Below, piece after piece: positions 36,801 through 50,700 of a stretch of DNA of 55,480 nt. Source of the stretch: Catajapyx aquilonaris (taxonomy: Eukaryota). The stretch covers positions 62,001 to 117,480 of the forward strand of contig JYFJ02000684.1 in the NCBI GenBank assembly GCA_000934665.2, read 5' to 3'. The translations under genes and the position numbers were made by a program. The notes under the pieces were generated by a model that was not told the origin of the DNA, searched no databases, and worked only from the letters and a program-made list of their open reading frames with translations. Position 1 is the stretch's first letter. Each line of letters begins with the position of its first letter.

Positions 36801-38819
36801 TCGAGTTCGGTGAGCAATGACATGTTTTCCAATAATTGCAATAATATTCTTTTTTTTTCAGTTCCACCTGTCAGAGTCTGAAGTAGGGCTGTTTTTCCTG
36901 GTGGGAGCCGCAGCGTACGCCGTCAGCTGCGTCTTCTGCGGACGCGTGTCGGACGCGACCGACAAGAAGTGGGTCATGATGGCAACAGGACTGATTGGAT
37001 CCGCATTTTCCTTCCTATTCATCGGACCTTCACCATTGTTGCCATTCGTGCCCAGGTAATAATAAGCCTACTGACCGACTGGCAACCCTGAGTCTATACT
37101 GAGAGAAAGACAAATTTTTAAGAGACACATCTGTGATCAATCGCTCAGACTCGATGGCACTAATTATTCAAAATAATATCCATTATATATATATATCTGA
37201 ATTCCGGCTCTTATAAATTAAACCGGTTGCAATAACCATGACACTTCATCGTGGGGTCAGTAAGTCCAAACTGTCTGCGTCGGATGAACTGCAGAACTGA
37301 TTAAGAGCAGCCCACATTATGAGCATGAACATCTGATAGTATGACTCTGCACAGGATGGGACAATGCATTTTCATCGCTACCTCAAAAAGTCAAATTTAT
37401 TGTCTCGTGTGTATTAAATTGCCAACATATATTTGCGACACTCATTGTCAATGATGTTGTAATATATGGTCTGCATGAGCACGCCTTATACTCAACACAA
37501 AGCATGCTTTATAACATTTTGCAGACCCACTGATCCTTCACATAGTCACTTTTAAGTGAGAAAAGGTCGGGCAGTACGTCTCAAACCCGGGGTCAACCAC
37601 GTTGAGGAGCGAGGAGCGCGCCTGCACCGCGTTCTCTGTAGTGTAAATCCACCCAATCAATGGGAACGAATCACTCATCGCGGTCGTGCAAGAAGGTTTG
37701 GTCACTGCCATTTTGAGAACTGTGTTCTGCAGAACTGTCCTCAGTTCCAGTGGCGTACTGCAGCATACGCACTTCCTTTCGTCACCTGTTACATCGGACA
37801 GCTGATTTTGGCCCATGGCGTAAAATGTTTCATGCAACACCGACCTTCCAAGACGCACGGGCATACAATGCCTGCTGGAACAAGAGCAACTTGATGGCAA
37901 TTTCACAGCAGGCCTATAACAATTACTCTGAAATTATAATGTGTGGCCTTTTTGTTGATTTCAAATTTTGCACTTTGGGAAGGGATGGCCCCGTCCTACG
38001 ACCATGTCATGTGTCCAGGACCATCGAGTGTCCAGGAAAACCTCATTCCCGAACCTTTCATTCCACATGGTGGAGGAAAAAACGCCCCCATTTTTGACTC
38101 ACGTAAACCAATATTGTTTCATATATACTTTGAGATCACTTCCCAGGGATTCTGTAAAGCACGCAACCTATATGAGAGAAGTGTGCCGCGCCACTGGAAT
38201 TGGCTTATATACAGTCCGACGCAAATGACCATCTACGCTGTTTCCCTTCTTTACCCATATTATTATTATGCACTTTTTTACAGCACAATATGGCTGAATG
38301 GCCTCTCCGTCTGCTTGTTGGGAGTATTCAATGCCTTCGCAGTCATCCCTACTTTTCAGGCCCTCATTGACTCTTCCGTGTAAGTGATTGGCAACTCTTC
38401 GTTAAACATTTTTAGACTGAGGATTTATTATCATTATTATTATTACCTATTATTATTATTAGAGGCACATCTTCGAAGACCGAAGACCCGAATCTGGGTT
38501 GCATGAGCGTCGTGGCGGGAATATGGACATCCACCTATTCATTGGGGTAAGGTCGCAAAATATCTCCCTTGTCTTACTATTATGATTTTTTTTTCTCTCC
38601 ATTGTCATCGACGGCCAATGAAGCTTCGGATTTTCCCCTAATTTCAGGGAAGTCCTGGGTCCTTGTGCCGCAGGACTGCTGGTGGACCATATTGGATTTC
38701 CAGCATCTTCCACTGCCGTCTGCCTCGTTACGATTCTGGTCGCCATTATTCTTGTTACTTTTTTCACTCTTGGCCATAAGCTAAGTTGCTGCAGAAATAA
38801 ATCCCTGCAGTCAGCGTGA
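33848..38819 (+). CDS. SLC18B1: SLC18B1-like MFS transporter, paralogue D (complete; two GC-AG introns; short C-tail)
   Basis: Exons 33848-34141, 34249-34344, 35699-35772, 35853-36000, 36075-36143, 36222-36312, 36389-36525, 36862-37055, 38284-38379, 38463-38546, 38648-38819; same phases as B/C. Donors at 34142 and 35773 are GC. Ends EVLGPCAAGLLVDHIGFP...SCCRNKSLQSA*. Confidence 0.88.
35173..35412. mobile_element. Palindromic Tc1/mariner-derived MITE in an intron of paralogue D
   Basis: CAGGGTGTTCCAGATTCGTG...GTGCCCCTAACCATGTGCTCCATTCT mirrored by AGAATGGGGCACATGGTTAGGGGCAC...CACGAATCTGGAACACCCTG|TA; central (TAGTTA)-like repeats. Confidence 0.88.
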
Positions 38820-39608
38820 GATAATCTCGTGCTTGAAATTGTTTCCTTTCAAAAATTCATATAAATAATATGAAGTCGCCTTTTTGGATAGACATATGAG
38901 AAAAAGACTACTTTGCTCTCTCATGTAGCGTATATATAGGCTACGCTACACATAGCAAGAAGTGCCTCAGGTTCAAGCGGTTATGAATTTGCTGTAGTCT
39001 CTTAAGAATGTGCATATTGCTAAAATGGTGACAGTCATGTCGATCAAGGCAAAGATGATAGAAGGTTTAGATCTTAAAGGAACAGTACCTGACAGTGGTT
39101 TTCCTTCGTTGCAACCAGCCAAAGTACTGTATATAGATATATGGCAGACAAATCCGGACCACAATCAATGATCGAATGAAGCTGCACCCACCGTTGCACC
39201 ACTATACTGATTCACCACAATGTTGGCAAAATATTTCACTTGAACCACACATGAGAACTAATCCCAAACCTGCATGGAGCATTCAAACAAGTCTGCAATC
39301 CACGACTGACAGCGTAACAATCAGAGACGATACATATATCGCACAGAGACAAGGTGCCTTCGTACTCACCAATTTGACTTGGCGAAAGGAAATAATAACA
39401 CGCCAATTTGACACAGGAGAGGATGCATAACCAATGTGATTTTTTGTTCCGCTCCCTCCAGCTGATGGGGTAATGTTGCATTGTAGCATACAGTGCACTG
39501 TTACTACGTTACACCATACTGCGAAGCGCCGTTTAGTCTCCAGGGCGATTTTCACAATTTATCTAACGACCAGATTTACGTGACAATTTTTTCGCAGACA
39601 CTCGTGCC

Positions 39609-39609
<1 letters not shown>

Positions 39610-39696
<87 letters not shown>
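39610..39696. repeat. Compound microsatellite (ATT)n(AGT)n
   Basis: Directly visible. Confidence 0.97.
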
Positions 39697-39804
39697 CCTT
39701 CTTTGACGCGGTCAGTCTCAACGCAGTGACCAAAACCACAGCGATGCCCGTGTGGACTCACAATAAAGCAAAGCACTCATGGAGAAAAATTCGGACATAA
39801 CAAA

Positions 39805-39941
39805 GGCCCGATTTCTCGAACAGTGGTTCAAATGTAAACCCGGTTCAAGTCCGGTTTAATCCCAGTTAAGAGACTCTGAACTGGGATTAAACCGGACTTG
39901 AACCGGGTTTACATTTGAACCACTGTTCGAGAAATCGGGCC
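39805..39941. mobile_element. Perfect-palindrome MITE, probably PIF/Harbinger-type
   Basis: 63-bp perfect inverted arms beginning GGCCCGATTTCTCGAAC and ending GTTCGAGAAATCGGGCC; flanks AAA / TAA. Confidence 0.85.
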
Positions 39942-42900
39942 TAATCCGAACAGCCAAATTTAGCCGTCTTTTCGTATAGGCTAGATAGGCTATAGCTCAC
40001 GACATCCAGCAATCCAGGCAGTCAGTAGCTCTTTCTGAACAAAATGAGTTCATTCTGGGGAAGCATCAGATCCTACATCGACAAAGAGATTGTGTGGCAG
40101 AGGAATAAACTATTCGCATTTCGGACTCAATGATCCTCCAGGGGCACGCTTATGAATTATGATGCGTGGTCCGACCAGGACCCGTCTCATCTCCAAACTG
40201 GCCATTCTCTGCATCCTCAGGCGTAGCTCTCCGGCTGCTACTGGTACTGTACTGATGTTATATCTCGACCCCAACAGTCGCCTTTGGACTCTGCAGTGCA
40301 CTGCAGGCCTCTCTCTGCGGGAAGGGCCCCAAAGGACCAGAGGTGATAAACACCATTTGATGAAACACACTCCTACTATTATAATTATGGTCATAGCATC
40401 TGTGGCACAGGACTCCTAAGGTTGGAATATATGACTATAGGTACTCCTATCACACNCCATCCCTCCCCCCCCAATCATTCTCATGTCCCGAGTTCGATCC
40501 CCAGAACTCGCATGCACACGATAAAAATTGGACTCTATTAATTATTTATAACGCACCTCGCAAGATTTCTACGATAATTGCGCTCATGACCATGTGCAGA
40601 ATACCTAGCTATCATACATACGTATTGGCTTTTATTATTCTGTTGAGAGGTCGGGCCCCGTTCGCCGGCAGGGCTTCCCAGGGTTACCGTTAGCAGCAAA
40701 TGATCAAGTCCCGTGTCGTTATCTATCACAGACGCATTCACCGCATTTCTATATACTTTCACGCAAAAATATTATAGCAGTTTAAAATATGGCAAAGACT
40801 GAGGAATTACTTGAAGGAATAGCATACTTTAATATACCACATCGTCTGAACATGGCAAAAGACTTAATACTAGTACCGGTATAGTTGTTTCTGTCGCTTG
40901 CGGTAATCTGTACATAATACGAATCCTCGCCTAATATCATAATTATTATTGCCAAAAAATGAGCCTGAATTTTATGGGGATTTTGGATGTCATTATTAAA
41001 AATATCCAACTTCAATCACAGATTCCAATCAGGTTCGACGATCACAAACAGAATTAGCTGGACCGAGCTGGACAGTGTCCACTGGGACAATACGGGTACT
41101 TCAAGAGTGTAGGTCGAGACAGTCACCCGCCTACCGCGTCAATACTCCGCCGTCAAAGTGTTATACGGACTTTTGCATATATACTATAAACTGGTGGACC
41201 TATATGCGTGTATATAGGCCAGGCAGAGGATTTATTTATTTATTTATGGTTAACTCCAGCACCCTCTGCCCTCCGAAAATTTCCGGATAAAACTGAGGAT
41301 AGACAGTAAGTTTATTAGCATATACCCTCGACGGAAGACTATACTTTTGAGGCGTGCATTCCGACTATGATATATTATAGGCAACAACTCTCTCTCTCGT
41401 TGGACTTAAACCTTACAACTTCCTTCACAGACGTTATTATTTCTGCAATCAAATTCGGATTAGTATCTCTTACTGTACAACAGTAGGGGTAGTGTCTCTC
41501 TTTTTATGTACTCCTTATTACATTTTACTGATTTTAGACGTGTAATGAAAGGGTGTTGGTCTCTTCCAGACTTTGCACCGACTATATATACCATCATGAA
41601 CAATACAGTGAAACCGGGGGAGTATCCGATTCGAAAAACAGGTTTTCAGTACACTGCCGTGCAGAGACCATCATGGCACGACCCAAATCCAGTGCACAAT
41701 AATTTCAATGCAGGGGCTATAATTATACACTCGGAATAACCTCGCAAAGAGGCGTGGACGTAGAGAAAATGGTGGACGGTTGGCCATCAAGTACATTAAA
41801 CGATGCACAAAAAATACTGTATATATCATTATATCAGCAACAAATGGCCTTATTTGGAGAACACCGGACTATACTCTTCATGGGTTTAATATTCAGTTGC
41901 TGGAGCACATGCAATGCTTCTATATATGAGGCTAAAATGCACCCTATACAGCTAATGAGTATGACCCAATTAATATATTCGAGTCACCTCTTTATTCGAT
42001 GTAAAAAATTTCAATTCTCTGCCATGTTTGAAGCAGCACCAGAGAGGCGATTTGTTCTTTTTCCACCACATTTTGTGCAATAATACTTAGCTGTGACTGC
42101 ATTAGCGGGATTGATGGATTTAAGTTCCTTCCTGTATAACATGGTGTGATGATGAAGGAGAAAACCGTCGTCAAGCACGCTTGAACTTGCCCGAGGTGTC
42201 CCAACGTAAACGGGACGTAGAAACCCTTCCGCCTATTTGGCATGACGTGATCATCCATCAGTTGGCCATAATGTTTTATTGCACGACTTGGTGGGAGAGA
42301 AGCCAGCCACTCTCAATGAAAGACAGACAATATTCCTGAAAACTCACAGAACAGCGTCAGTGATCAGTGAAAATGCAGCCCAACCGGCGGCATTTTGACC
42401 CGCAAAGTGACAGGCGGCAACAACTGTTTGCAAACCGACATACGACTATATAGTACAGCACATGCAAAAATGTGCAATGTGTAAGTACGAACGATATTAA
42501 TAATGCAACACTCACTCGCCAAAGGACCATGTATAGCTTAGAAATGACACTTTCGAACTCTTGCTGGACTCGTAACACACTACCCCAAGGATCAACACAA
42601 AGGAAGACCCGTCCATTGTGGGGGGCCCAGCATCAACGGGTCAACATAGAAGATCAGCAAAACAATATTCATCACAAGAGGTGAGTCTACAAACTTATGA
42701 TGAGGCCAAAAAATGCGAGCCTTGTTTTCTGGACGACAACCACTGTGACGATGAATGCAGGTTGTTGCATTTCAGCTATAGGGCAGCATCATAACTTTTC
42801 ATGAAGAAATCCATATACAGTAATAATTATTATGGTGCGGTGAGCACAACATAATATACTTTCCCAATTTGGCCATTTTGTTACAGATTGTTTGACAATA

Positions 42901-45551
42901 ACTGCAGTATTAACGTTATTAACTGCATTTTAATTAGTCGCATGGCTTTCATACTTCAGTTGTCACAATCTTGACTTATGTGTAATTATAGTCCTATAGG
43001 TGGGCGAAAGCTACAAGTAAAACGTATTATTATGTATTATAAGTAATTATTATTAAGTAATCATATTGTTGTCTGTTGTACTATTGCACCCTTCACGCCC
43101 CGTCAAGACAAACAAACACTTCCACTTGATATCAAAGGCTATACTCTTGAGTTACTCGATCAACCTCACTAATTACGCATTGTGCTTGCCGTAATTTTTA
43201 TTCCACCGCGCCTATTAGGGCACCAAAATCTCACAAAGCCATCATGTGACTGCCAGCTGAGCAATATTTTGTACAGTATATCAACAGTAACCCAAGCCAC
43301 AAAGAGAATAGAGAGCATAGAGAGAGCCATAGACCGTATACTTAATAAAAAATTAAGTGCAAGTGGGGTCGAAGTGCAATATTCAACGCGCCTTCCAAAC
43401 ATGCAGTGCGAGCAGTGGCCGATAAATTCAGTACAACCTGCACTTCCTGCGCTTTTTGTGTCTATAATAATGCCGCCTATGTATTTGTTTATTTATTTAT
43501 CATAACCATAGTAGTCATTATGTAGCACTTTCCGCAAATAAAGGAAGACACCACTGGGCATAACGATTGACGACCCTCGCCGACAGCGACATCAGTATAG
43601 CTGTTCAATTAAACTCATTTCCAGCGGCGACACCTCAGTGGTTATAGTCCTATAGCCAGATGTGTCGGGATGAGTGCAAACATTTCCAGTGTCTCTCATC
43701 GCAATGCGTGGTAGACATATCTGAATGGCTACCATCGTCCTCTAATAGGCCAAACCACGAGAAAAGCTATACTCCTCAAAAAAAAGGCAGGCCTATACTA
43801 TACCTCTTCACAACACCAAAATAGGTGCAAATATCGCAACAATACAGCAAGGCGCTTGGCTATGGTTAATTTATACTTCTGAGAGGAACTGCCTTCACCT
43901 TCTGGAATAACCAAAGTTCAAGTGCAGCATTACTACACGTTATACAAAGAGGATGTTCCAGGTGTTTGGGTCGTGTTACTATACGTATTATGATTGTATA
44001 GTGAGAGGATTTTTCTCGGAGCTGTTTTTTTGTAGCTCGATGCGCCCGATCCAGTACTATAAGTTATGCTACTTTTTAAAGCTACGGAAAGCAAGTCTGA
44101 AAAACTTGAATGGTGCCAATCCAAGTGAGAGTTGCCTCGGCTTTAAGTGACTTCAAGATTGTAGGCACCATGTCATGAAATTGTAATAAGACCAGGCTCT
44201 AAAGTCTAAACCATGCAAATATCGTATCGTTGCTGAGTCATGCCATGTATAGATACAGAAAAACAGGTAGCTGGATATGGAACCTATATAGGAACAGCCG
44301 CGAGGGTTCTAAGTTAACATAGATCTACGTGTACACCGTACAACACTAGAATGGAGGAAGACGCGTGTTTTAACTTTGCCGGCCGAGAGATGTCTTTCAC
44401 CTGCTTATGAAATGACTACGCGCCTGTGTTAATGCTCCGTCACGAGTTTCTCTCCTGAAAAGTGCTCCGCTACTCAAGAAGTTTGGGAACCACTGCTCTA
44501 TAATAGGAATAGGGAATCTGCGTGGTCTTGCTGGAAAATTAGTGCAAATTGCTAGAATGCTCACATTGAAGGAGTACGTACGTACGTTTATCACACCACA
44601 ACCACAATCACCATGCACCTTCGTCTCAACAATAGGACAGAAGGGGAGGGGGAATGCTCACCTTCAGTATAATATCCTCGATCACTTCCCCCTTGACTGA
44701 TGCATCGATAAAAATAGCACCGACACGACCACCTACGATAGTGTACGTGATATCCTGTTGCCTCCTGCGAATCTAACTTATAATTATATAACAATGTGGA
44801 GTTATTTTGTCACGTGTTGTATAAGCAACAACTGCAACTAGAAGTGTTTCCAGTGAAAAAAGAATGCTGAGATGCATCTGACATCATCTGTCGAACATCA
44901 AAAAGTGTTCATTGGAATTCCACATTTCGCCTAATAAGATGATCCAAATCCGCCGGTCCAGGAACAGGCTGGCGATAGGGAATATCAACCCTCGGCAATC
45001 ACAAAGAAAAGAAAGGCCCTTTCTCCGAGGTCAGCATCAGGCTCAAGCGTCGTTCTAGACGCCCATATACCTTTTAACATCAGGGCCATTCACAATAATA
45101 TTATATTATGTTCTAATAATGTCAATATATTATTATTATAAGTCACTGCCCCAGCACATGTCATTTCAGTTTCCCAGCCAGAAAGTATGATTAATGCCCA
45201 AATGCCTCACCACCACGCCGCGCCGCGCCGGTGAGCAGAATGAGGCTACAGGTCACATGTCATGCTCAAAGAAAAGAAAAGAGCAAAATTAGCAAAATAC
45301 ATTTTAGGGGGTCCATAATATTAGCACTCTTCCTCATTGATTGTTATCAGTTTGAGCACGGACAAAACTGCTCCTGAAGCAAGAGAGCTTTAATCAACAC
45401 GTCATGGTACCATATGACTGATGGTCGGCGTGACAATCACAGTGTGGCCATACATACGTCACAATCTTATTACAATTCCCGTGAAAAAGTGCGTTACAAT
45501 ATTATTGTTGGCCAATGCTCGTGTCGCATAGCTATGTTTTTGCCAATGAAA

Positions 45552-45623
<72 letters not shown>

Positions 45624-45630
45624 TATTATT
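45552..45630. repeat. Microsatellite (CAT)n(TAT)n
   Basis: Directly visible. Confidence 0.97.
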
Positions 45631-45997
45631 ACAAGTGTATATTTTTACAGAGCTCACGTCAGACGGTGCACGTGAGAATTGAATTATTTTCAGAATAAGG
45701 TAGTGGCGGTTTATGACCACTCTAGGCCTACTACATGGAATGGTGCAATGAGAGTGCGTAATACGAACCGGCTTGCAATCCTGAGATTTACTGTGGAAGA
45801 AAAACGCCATAGAGATCAAGAAATCAGGGGATAAAATATGTTGGGAAGTATAAAGGCAATCGCACTTTCTGCCGCTCGGCTGACACGTAAAGCAGAGCAG
45901 ATAACTCACTATATACATCCTCAGCCAGTAGCGAAACTTTATTGGTCACTCCGACTAGATCTAATTCTACTGCGGAAAGTGTCGGGTGTCTAAGAGA

Positions 45998-46394
45998 GGG
46001 ACCACGACCTTCGGCCAGGAAGTTTCCTGGCCAAAGGTCGCCAAGCCCGTTCACACGCTAGTGGCCCGGTTCGGCCAGGAAGGGAAGGTCGCCACCCGAC
46101 GAGCCAGGAAAAGGTGGCTGAGCTGGCCATGCTCCGGAAGATTGCCACTGTTGAAATTTTGAAATTCAAAACTGTGGGGGCCAAGTTATAAACGGACCTG
46201 CTAGCCATGGCCAGCGAAGGTTGCCAGGAGTAACGCATGCGCAGTAGCGGCACTCCCAAGCGCCTTGCGATGCTCACTTGTCCCCCAACAACGTCGCTCG
46301 TGTGAACTGTTACTTTAGATTCCTGGCCAGCCGCTGGCCACGTTTCCGTATTGGCCAGGAATTCCTGGCCAAGGGTCGCTCGTGTGAATGAGCC
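45998..46394. mobile_element. Harbinger-like non-autonomous element with repeated GGCCAGGAA..TTCCTGGCC palindromes
   Basis: AGCCCGTTCACACG (46044) versus CGTGTGAATGAGCC (ends 46394); several internal GGCCAGGAA/TTCCTGGCC units; left boundary uncertain. Confidence 0.6.
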
Positions 46395-47408
46395 TATTAT
46401 ATTCTCTAAGTTTTGGATTCCGCCGGAGGACACTGCTGGGGGCTACTCCCGGATTTCCAAGCAGGACCCGTGAAAAGATCACTAGCATGGAGAAGAATTC
46501 TCGCATTGTTACAAATCTCGCTTCATGACACGATTCCTTTAATACAGGTCTATCGGCGAGGCCTCAGCACCAAAAGGAAACTACATTACTCACCAAAAGG
46601 AAACGACGTCATTCACCAAAAGGAAATTACGTATTTTTGACCGCCAATTTACATGGCCAGTATATGACAGGCTAGGAACTATAGCCTTACAAGACAGCCT
46701 GAATATATTGCAATCGCCCGGTACGTGCAGCATCAAGGTGGTGAGCATGTACGCATATCAGTTATTATAACTGCGGCATGAAAAGCATACGTAGCCGAAA
46801 TGAACAGTCTCACGTCCTCTCCTTATTCATAGCATCCACGATCAAGTGATGATCCGAACAGCACCATTATAAACAAACTTTGCACCCAATCAAACACCTG
46901 GATACAAAATTATGTCATATTACCAGTGTCTAACTTGTAGACAATCATCTTTCCAACCCATAAAGGATAATGATTAGCATGTTGCAAGCTAACCAACAGG
47001 AGGCGACACCCACGTAATAACTGGGGGACGCCTGCTTGACTCCCTAGAATATAAAAATCCAAACAGCATGACTGCCGGACCTTAGCAGTCCTAATAATAA
47101 TAATAATGGGTAGTCAACCTGTTGCATGATGAGCTATTAACCTACAGTACATGCCAACATTATGGGAGGAATGTGGCAATATATTACAACCTCATGATTA
47201 ACTCACAATTACCAAGATACATACCTTATATTCTATAAGGATTCATATGAATGATCAGAAACGAGAAATCATACCAAGGCCTATACTGTCCAAACAGAGT
47301 TTGTTGAATGTCGTAATATACGCGTAACGTATAGGCTATACAAAACCAATAATGACGAAATAGTCACCTCCCGCGCCCTATGGAGAATAAAGCAAGATGA
47401 TTTATATT

Positions 47409-47704
47409 TGAAACCCTTTTGGCAAATAGGTCACATGTCAGGAGGAACTGGAATTGAGAAAATGGAGAAAAACGCGCAGCTTGGTAAATGACAAGTGCCC
47501 GATTCGGCTCACGTGGCATGTGCCCTTGTTAAAAAAACAGCCTAATCTTCAAACCTCATTTTCAGCTGTGACAAATAATGTTCCTTTTGATGTGTACACT
47601 TTTCTCGGGACCTCACAAACAATCCCCCGGCTGCCATTTAGTGATGATAACTCGAATGTTAGTCCAAAAGAGTGACATGTGCCATTTTTGCCAAAAGGGC
47701 TTCA
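47409..47704. mobile_element. Unclassified TIR element (MITE)
   Basis: TGAAACCCTTTTGGCAAATAGGTCACATGTCA vs TGACATGTGCCATTTTTGCCAAAAGGGCTTCA imperfect ~32-bp inverted repeats; no clear TSD. Confidence 0.6.
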
Positions 47705-50700
47705 TTTGGAAACACGACGCAGGACGAAAAATCCCTCTCAACTCCACAAAAGCGTATATCGAAAGGAATGTCAACTCCTTTGCATTCGCCCTGCTGCTCC
47801 CCATCAGACCCAATCTGATCTGCCCGTAACTTAGAAGCAAGTTCTCACTCATCATCGTCAAGAAGGTATTTATGGACATTTTCGAATGATCCAACATGTC
47901 CACGGAAATGTCCCTCCTTCTCATATGAACCATGCGAATCCTTCCGGCTGCGCGACACGTTCAATTATATGATGGTAAACTGGTGTATAAATAAATAATA
48001 TTCCAGTGACACCCCGACGCGACGTGTGCTGTGCTGCCCGTTGACGGGTCACTCTTATTTCCTCCCGAAGGCGCCCCTCGGAGGTCAAAAGGCCCAAGTG
48101 TGGGGGCGAGGGACTGACATAAAATAGCGCCATTCACAAGTCTTGAAAAGGCTTCTTCTATTCAATCACTCTTCCAACTCTTATTAATCTTTGACTACAT
48201 ATTATTCATGAAAATAAACATGCTGCCCAGCATTCAACATTTCTACCAGCTTTGAATAACAGTGATGCTACGTGGCGAATATGATATCTTACTGTATAGT
48301 TTATACTGTAATACAGAAGAATAATTACAGACCAAATGGGGAATTTCACATTAAAATCAGATGTGCATTATCCTCTGCTGTAATCTGAAGCCGAGACAAT
48401 CGTAAGCCAACTCTCCTTTTCCCGAACCACTCCTTAACCCACCTCCCAAGGCCTCACGTGCCTATATACTACTTTACAGTCATTTTACAGGTAACTCTGA
48501 TATGCTTCGATTTTCGGCGACATCTTCATCCGACGAAGGGGATAAAATAAATGCGTCCATTTACCATTTTTGTGGCAGAATGATGTTACACTTTTCTAGC
48601 AATAAAATGTGAGTAATGGCAACCTCTCGCCAATGACGAAAATGAGGTTACATGAGGCCGTGTTCTCCTTTTGAGAATCAAAACATTCACCTATATCTAT
48701 ATGAAGATGACGACGTGTTATTCCTGGTTTCATGCAGCAGCTTAAGTACGGATTGCGTTCTTCTCGTATGGGGGGGTTATTAGTAATAAATCAGTCGATT
48801 AGAAACTACCCGGCCAAACTCCGCTGCTAAACACCAGTTAGCAGACTGTTGGAGATGGGGCCGGAGGTTGCCAGCAGAAACCCCTCCGGCCATCTGATTG
48901 ATTGTATATCGCACTCTCATTGCCTGTGTCGATCACGAAAGTATGGAGCCAAGCCCAAAAGTGGGCATATCTTCAACACTATCAGAATGCGGTATGTCCA
49001 ACCGAGACCCTGATATTCTGCAAACTTCACAGTCGAACGTGGACCTTATACCGACGTTGCACAAAACTGCAGACAACGAGGGAGCGAATCCTGGAAAGTG
49101 TCGTTGTTATCAAAGTCACTACAGGCTATTCGGTTTTTGCGCAAAGACGACTTCCCCTCTGCAGAGACCCATATCAGTACACCCCATCTAGACGAGGCCA
49201 ACGACGCAAAGGCAAATTGAAGTTCAAGGCATTGCATCAGTTATTACCTGAACAAAAGCGGAGCCTCTCTTATAACAGTTAGAGTACGTAAGGCAGTAAA
49301 TGACTAACCTGTATTAATATACCAATTACGGATAACAACTATCGCTAATGGATGATTGCAGCTATACCGAGTGAGTTTCACACATTCCGTGTTAATTCAC
49401 AGCTGCTGCCAGCAACTTGCCATGTACGCTTGCCCATTACTGGTCCAGAAGCCTGCGTCAAGCATCATGGAGACATATTTTCTACCGCACGATGCACCTC
49501 AGGCAGCCAGCAGGTACGTACTGTACGTACATTGTGACAGAATGCAGCATTGAACATCGGATTTGTCATGACCCACTAGAACTTGCCTGGTGTTACTTTA
49601 GTGTTGTTTCTTTGAAGAAAGCAGAGGGCCAAAAACTTGCACACAATGCTGCTTTTGCGACATGTCACTATCTAGCTTGCATCTGACAACCAGGTCGGTG
49701 TATGTGGACATGGGTCTAAAAATAGACTCGTTACACAACAACATGGCTATCTTGTGATGAGGAGCGGAGAGATGCCACTTAACTTTCAAAACACACACAC
49801 CTAAATCCATGCTGCTTAAGCACGGACCTATACAGTATATTTTGTTACTTCACCGTCGTATTACTGCAGAAAATGCCAGGATATAAATTAAGGAAGAAAG
49901 AAACCATTACCAAAATGGCCTTGAATGTGGCTCAAGAGTCACAAGAGGGTGAATATTGAGACATACGAGCCTGCTAGAGACAACCATGTCCATTTCGGAT
50001 TAAACCTTACGACTCCGTTGAGAACAATATTATTAGGCCTACTTTTTCTGCATCCAAAGTTGGAACAAAACCTTGAAACGGCATATCTCTCTGAAAAGTA
50101 TGGAAAAGATGTCCCTAATTCAATCAGATATTGCGATGTCTTCATGATTCTATACGGGGACGTGTCTCTGGCGCCTTTTTTTTTTGCCACGCTCGCATCT
50201 GGCACTCGTCCCAAATGCGACACCATTCCTAACCATTATTCATATTCGAGAAATAATAATATGCGAGGCGAGCTGTCATTGATTTGTGGAAGCATCAGAA
50301 TCATACTATTATCATCTCAGTTTGGTACGACACCAATTATTTCCCCCGCCATGTAATAAATTATGACACCACGTTTGTACGAGTAGAATTATATTCGATG
50401 CCTGGAGATATTTGTACTGTAAGCGTTCCAACAATAAAATGCTCGCCCGTTTTTTGATAACCCAGAACACCTTATATGTTATTACTTTCATACGAGACAA
50501 TACTCAGAAGTGTAATATAATTATTATCACACCACAAACTCTTCGTGGCTATGCATCAGCCACTCACACACTGTAGCTAATCTTTTTCCTTCACGACTGA
50601 CAAGAGTCACTTAACCCATTTGTTCCTAGAGTCCTATACATACAGGACGGACATAAAAAATTATTTCTAGCAATAATTGTGATTATAAATCACAAATGAA

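Noticed and set aside
40160..40260. Minus-strand ATPEDAE..WR, reminiscent of an RTE ORF C-terminus
   Set aside because: Needs frameshifts and is too short to support.
40485..40510. GAGTTCGATCCCC Pol III B-box-like motif
   Set aside because: No A-box or cloverleaf; not a tRNA or a definable SINE.
44440..44500. AAGTTTGGGAACCACTG, a Charlie-like right end
   Set aside because: No left end found, so boundaries cannot be supported.
50611..50660. TTAACCCATTTGTTCCTAG, a piggyBac-like left end
   Set aside because: No corresponding GGG-TTAA right end identified.
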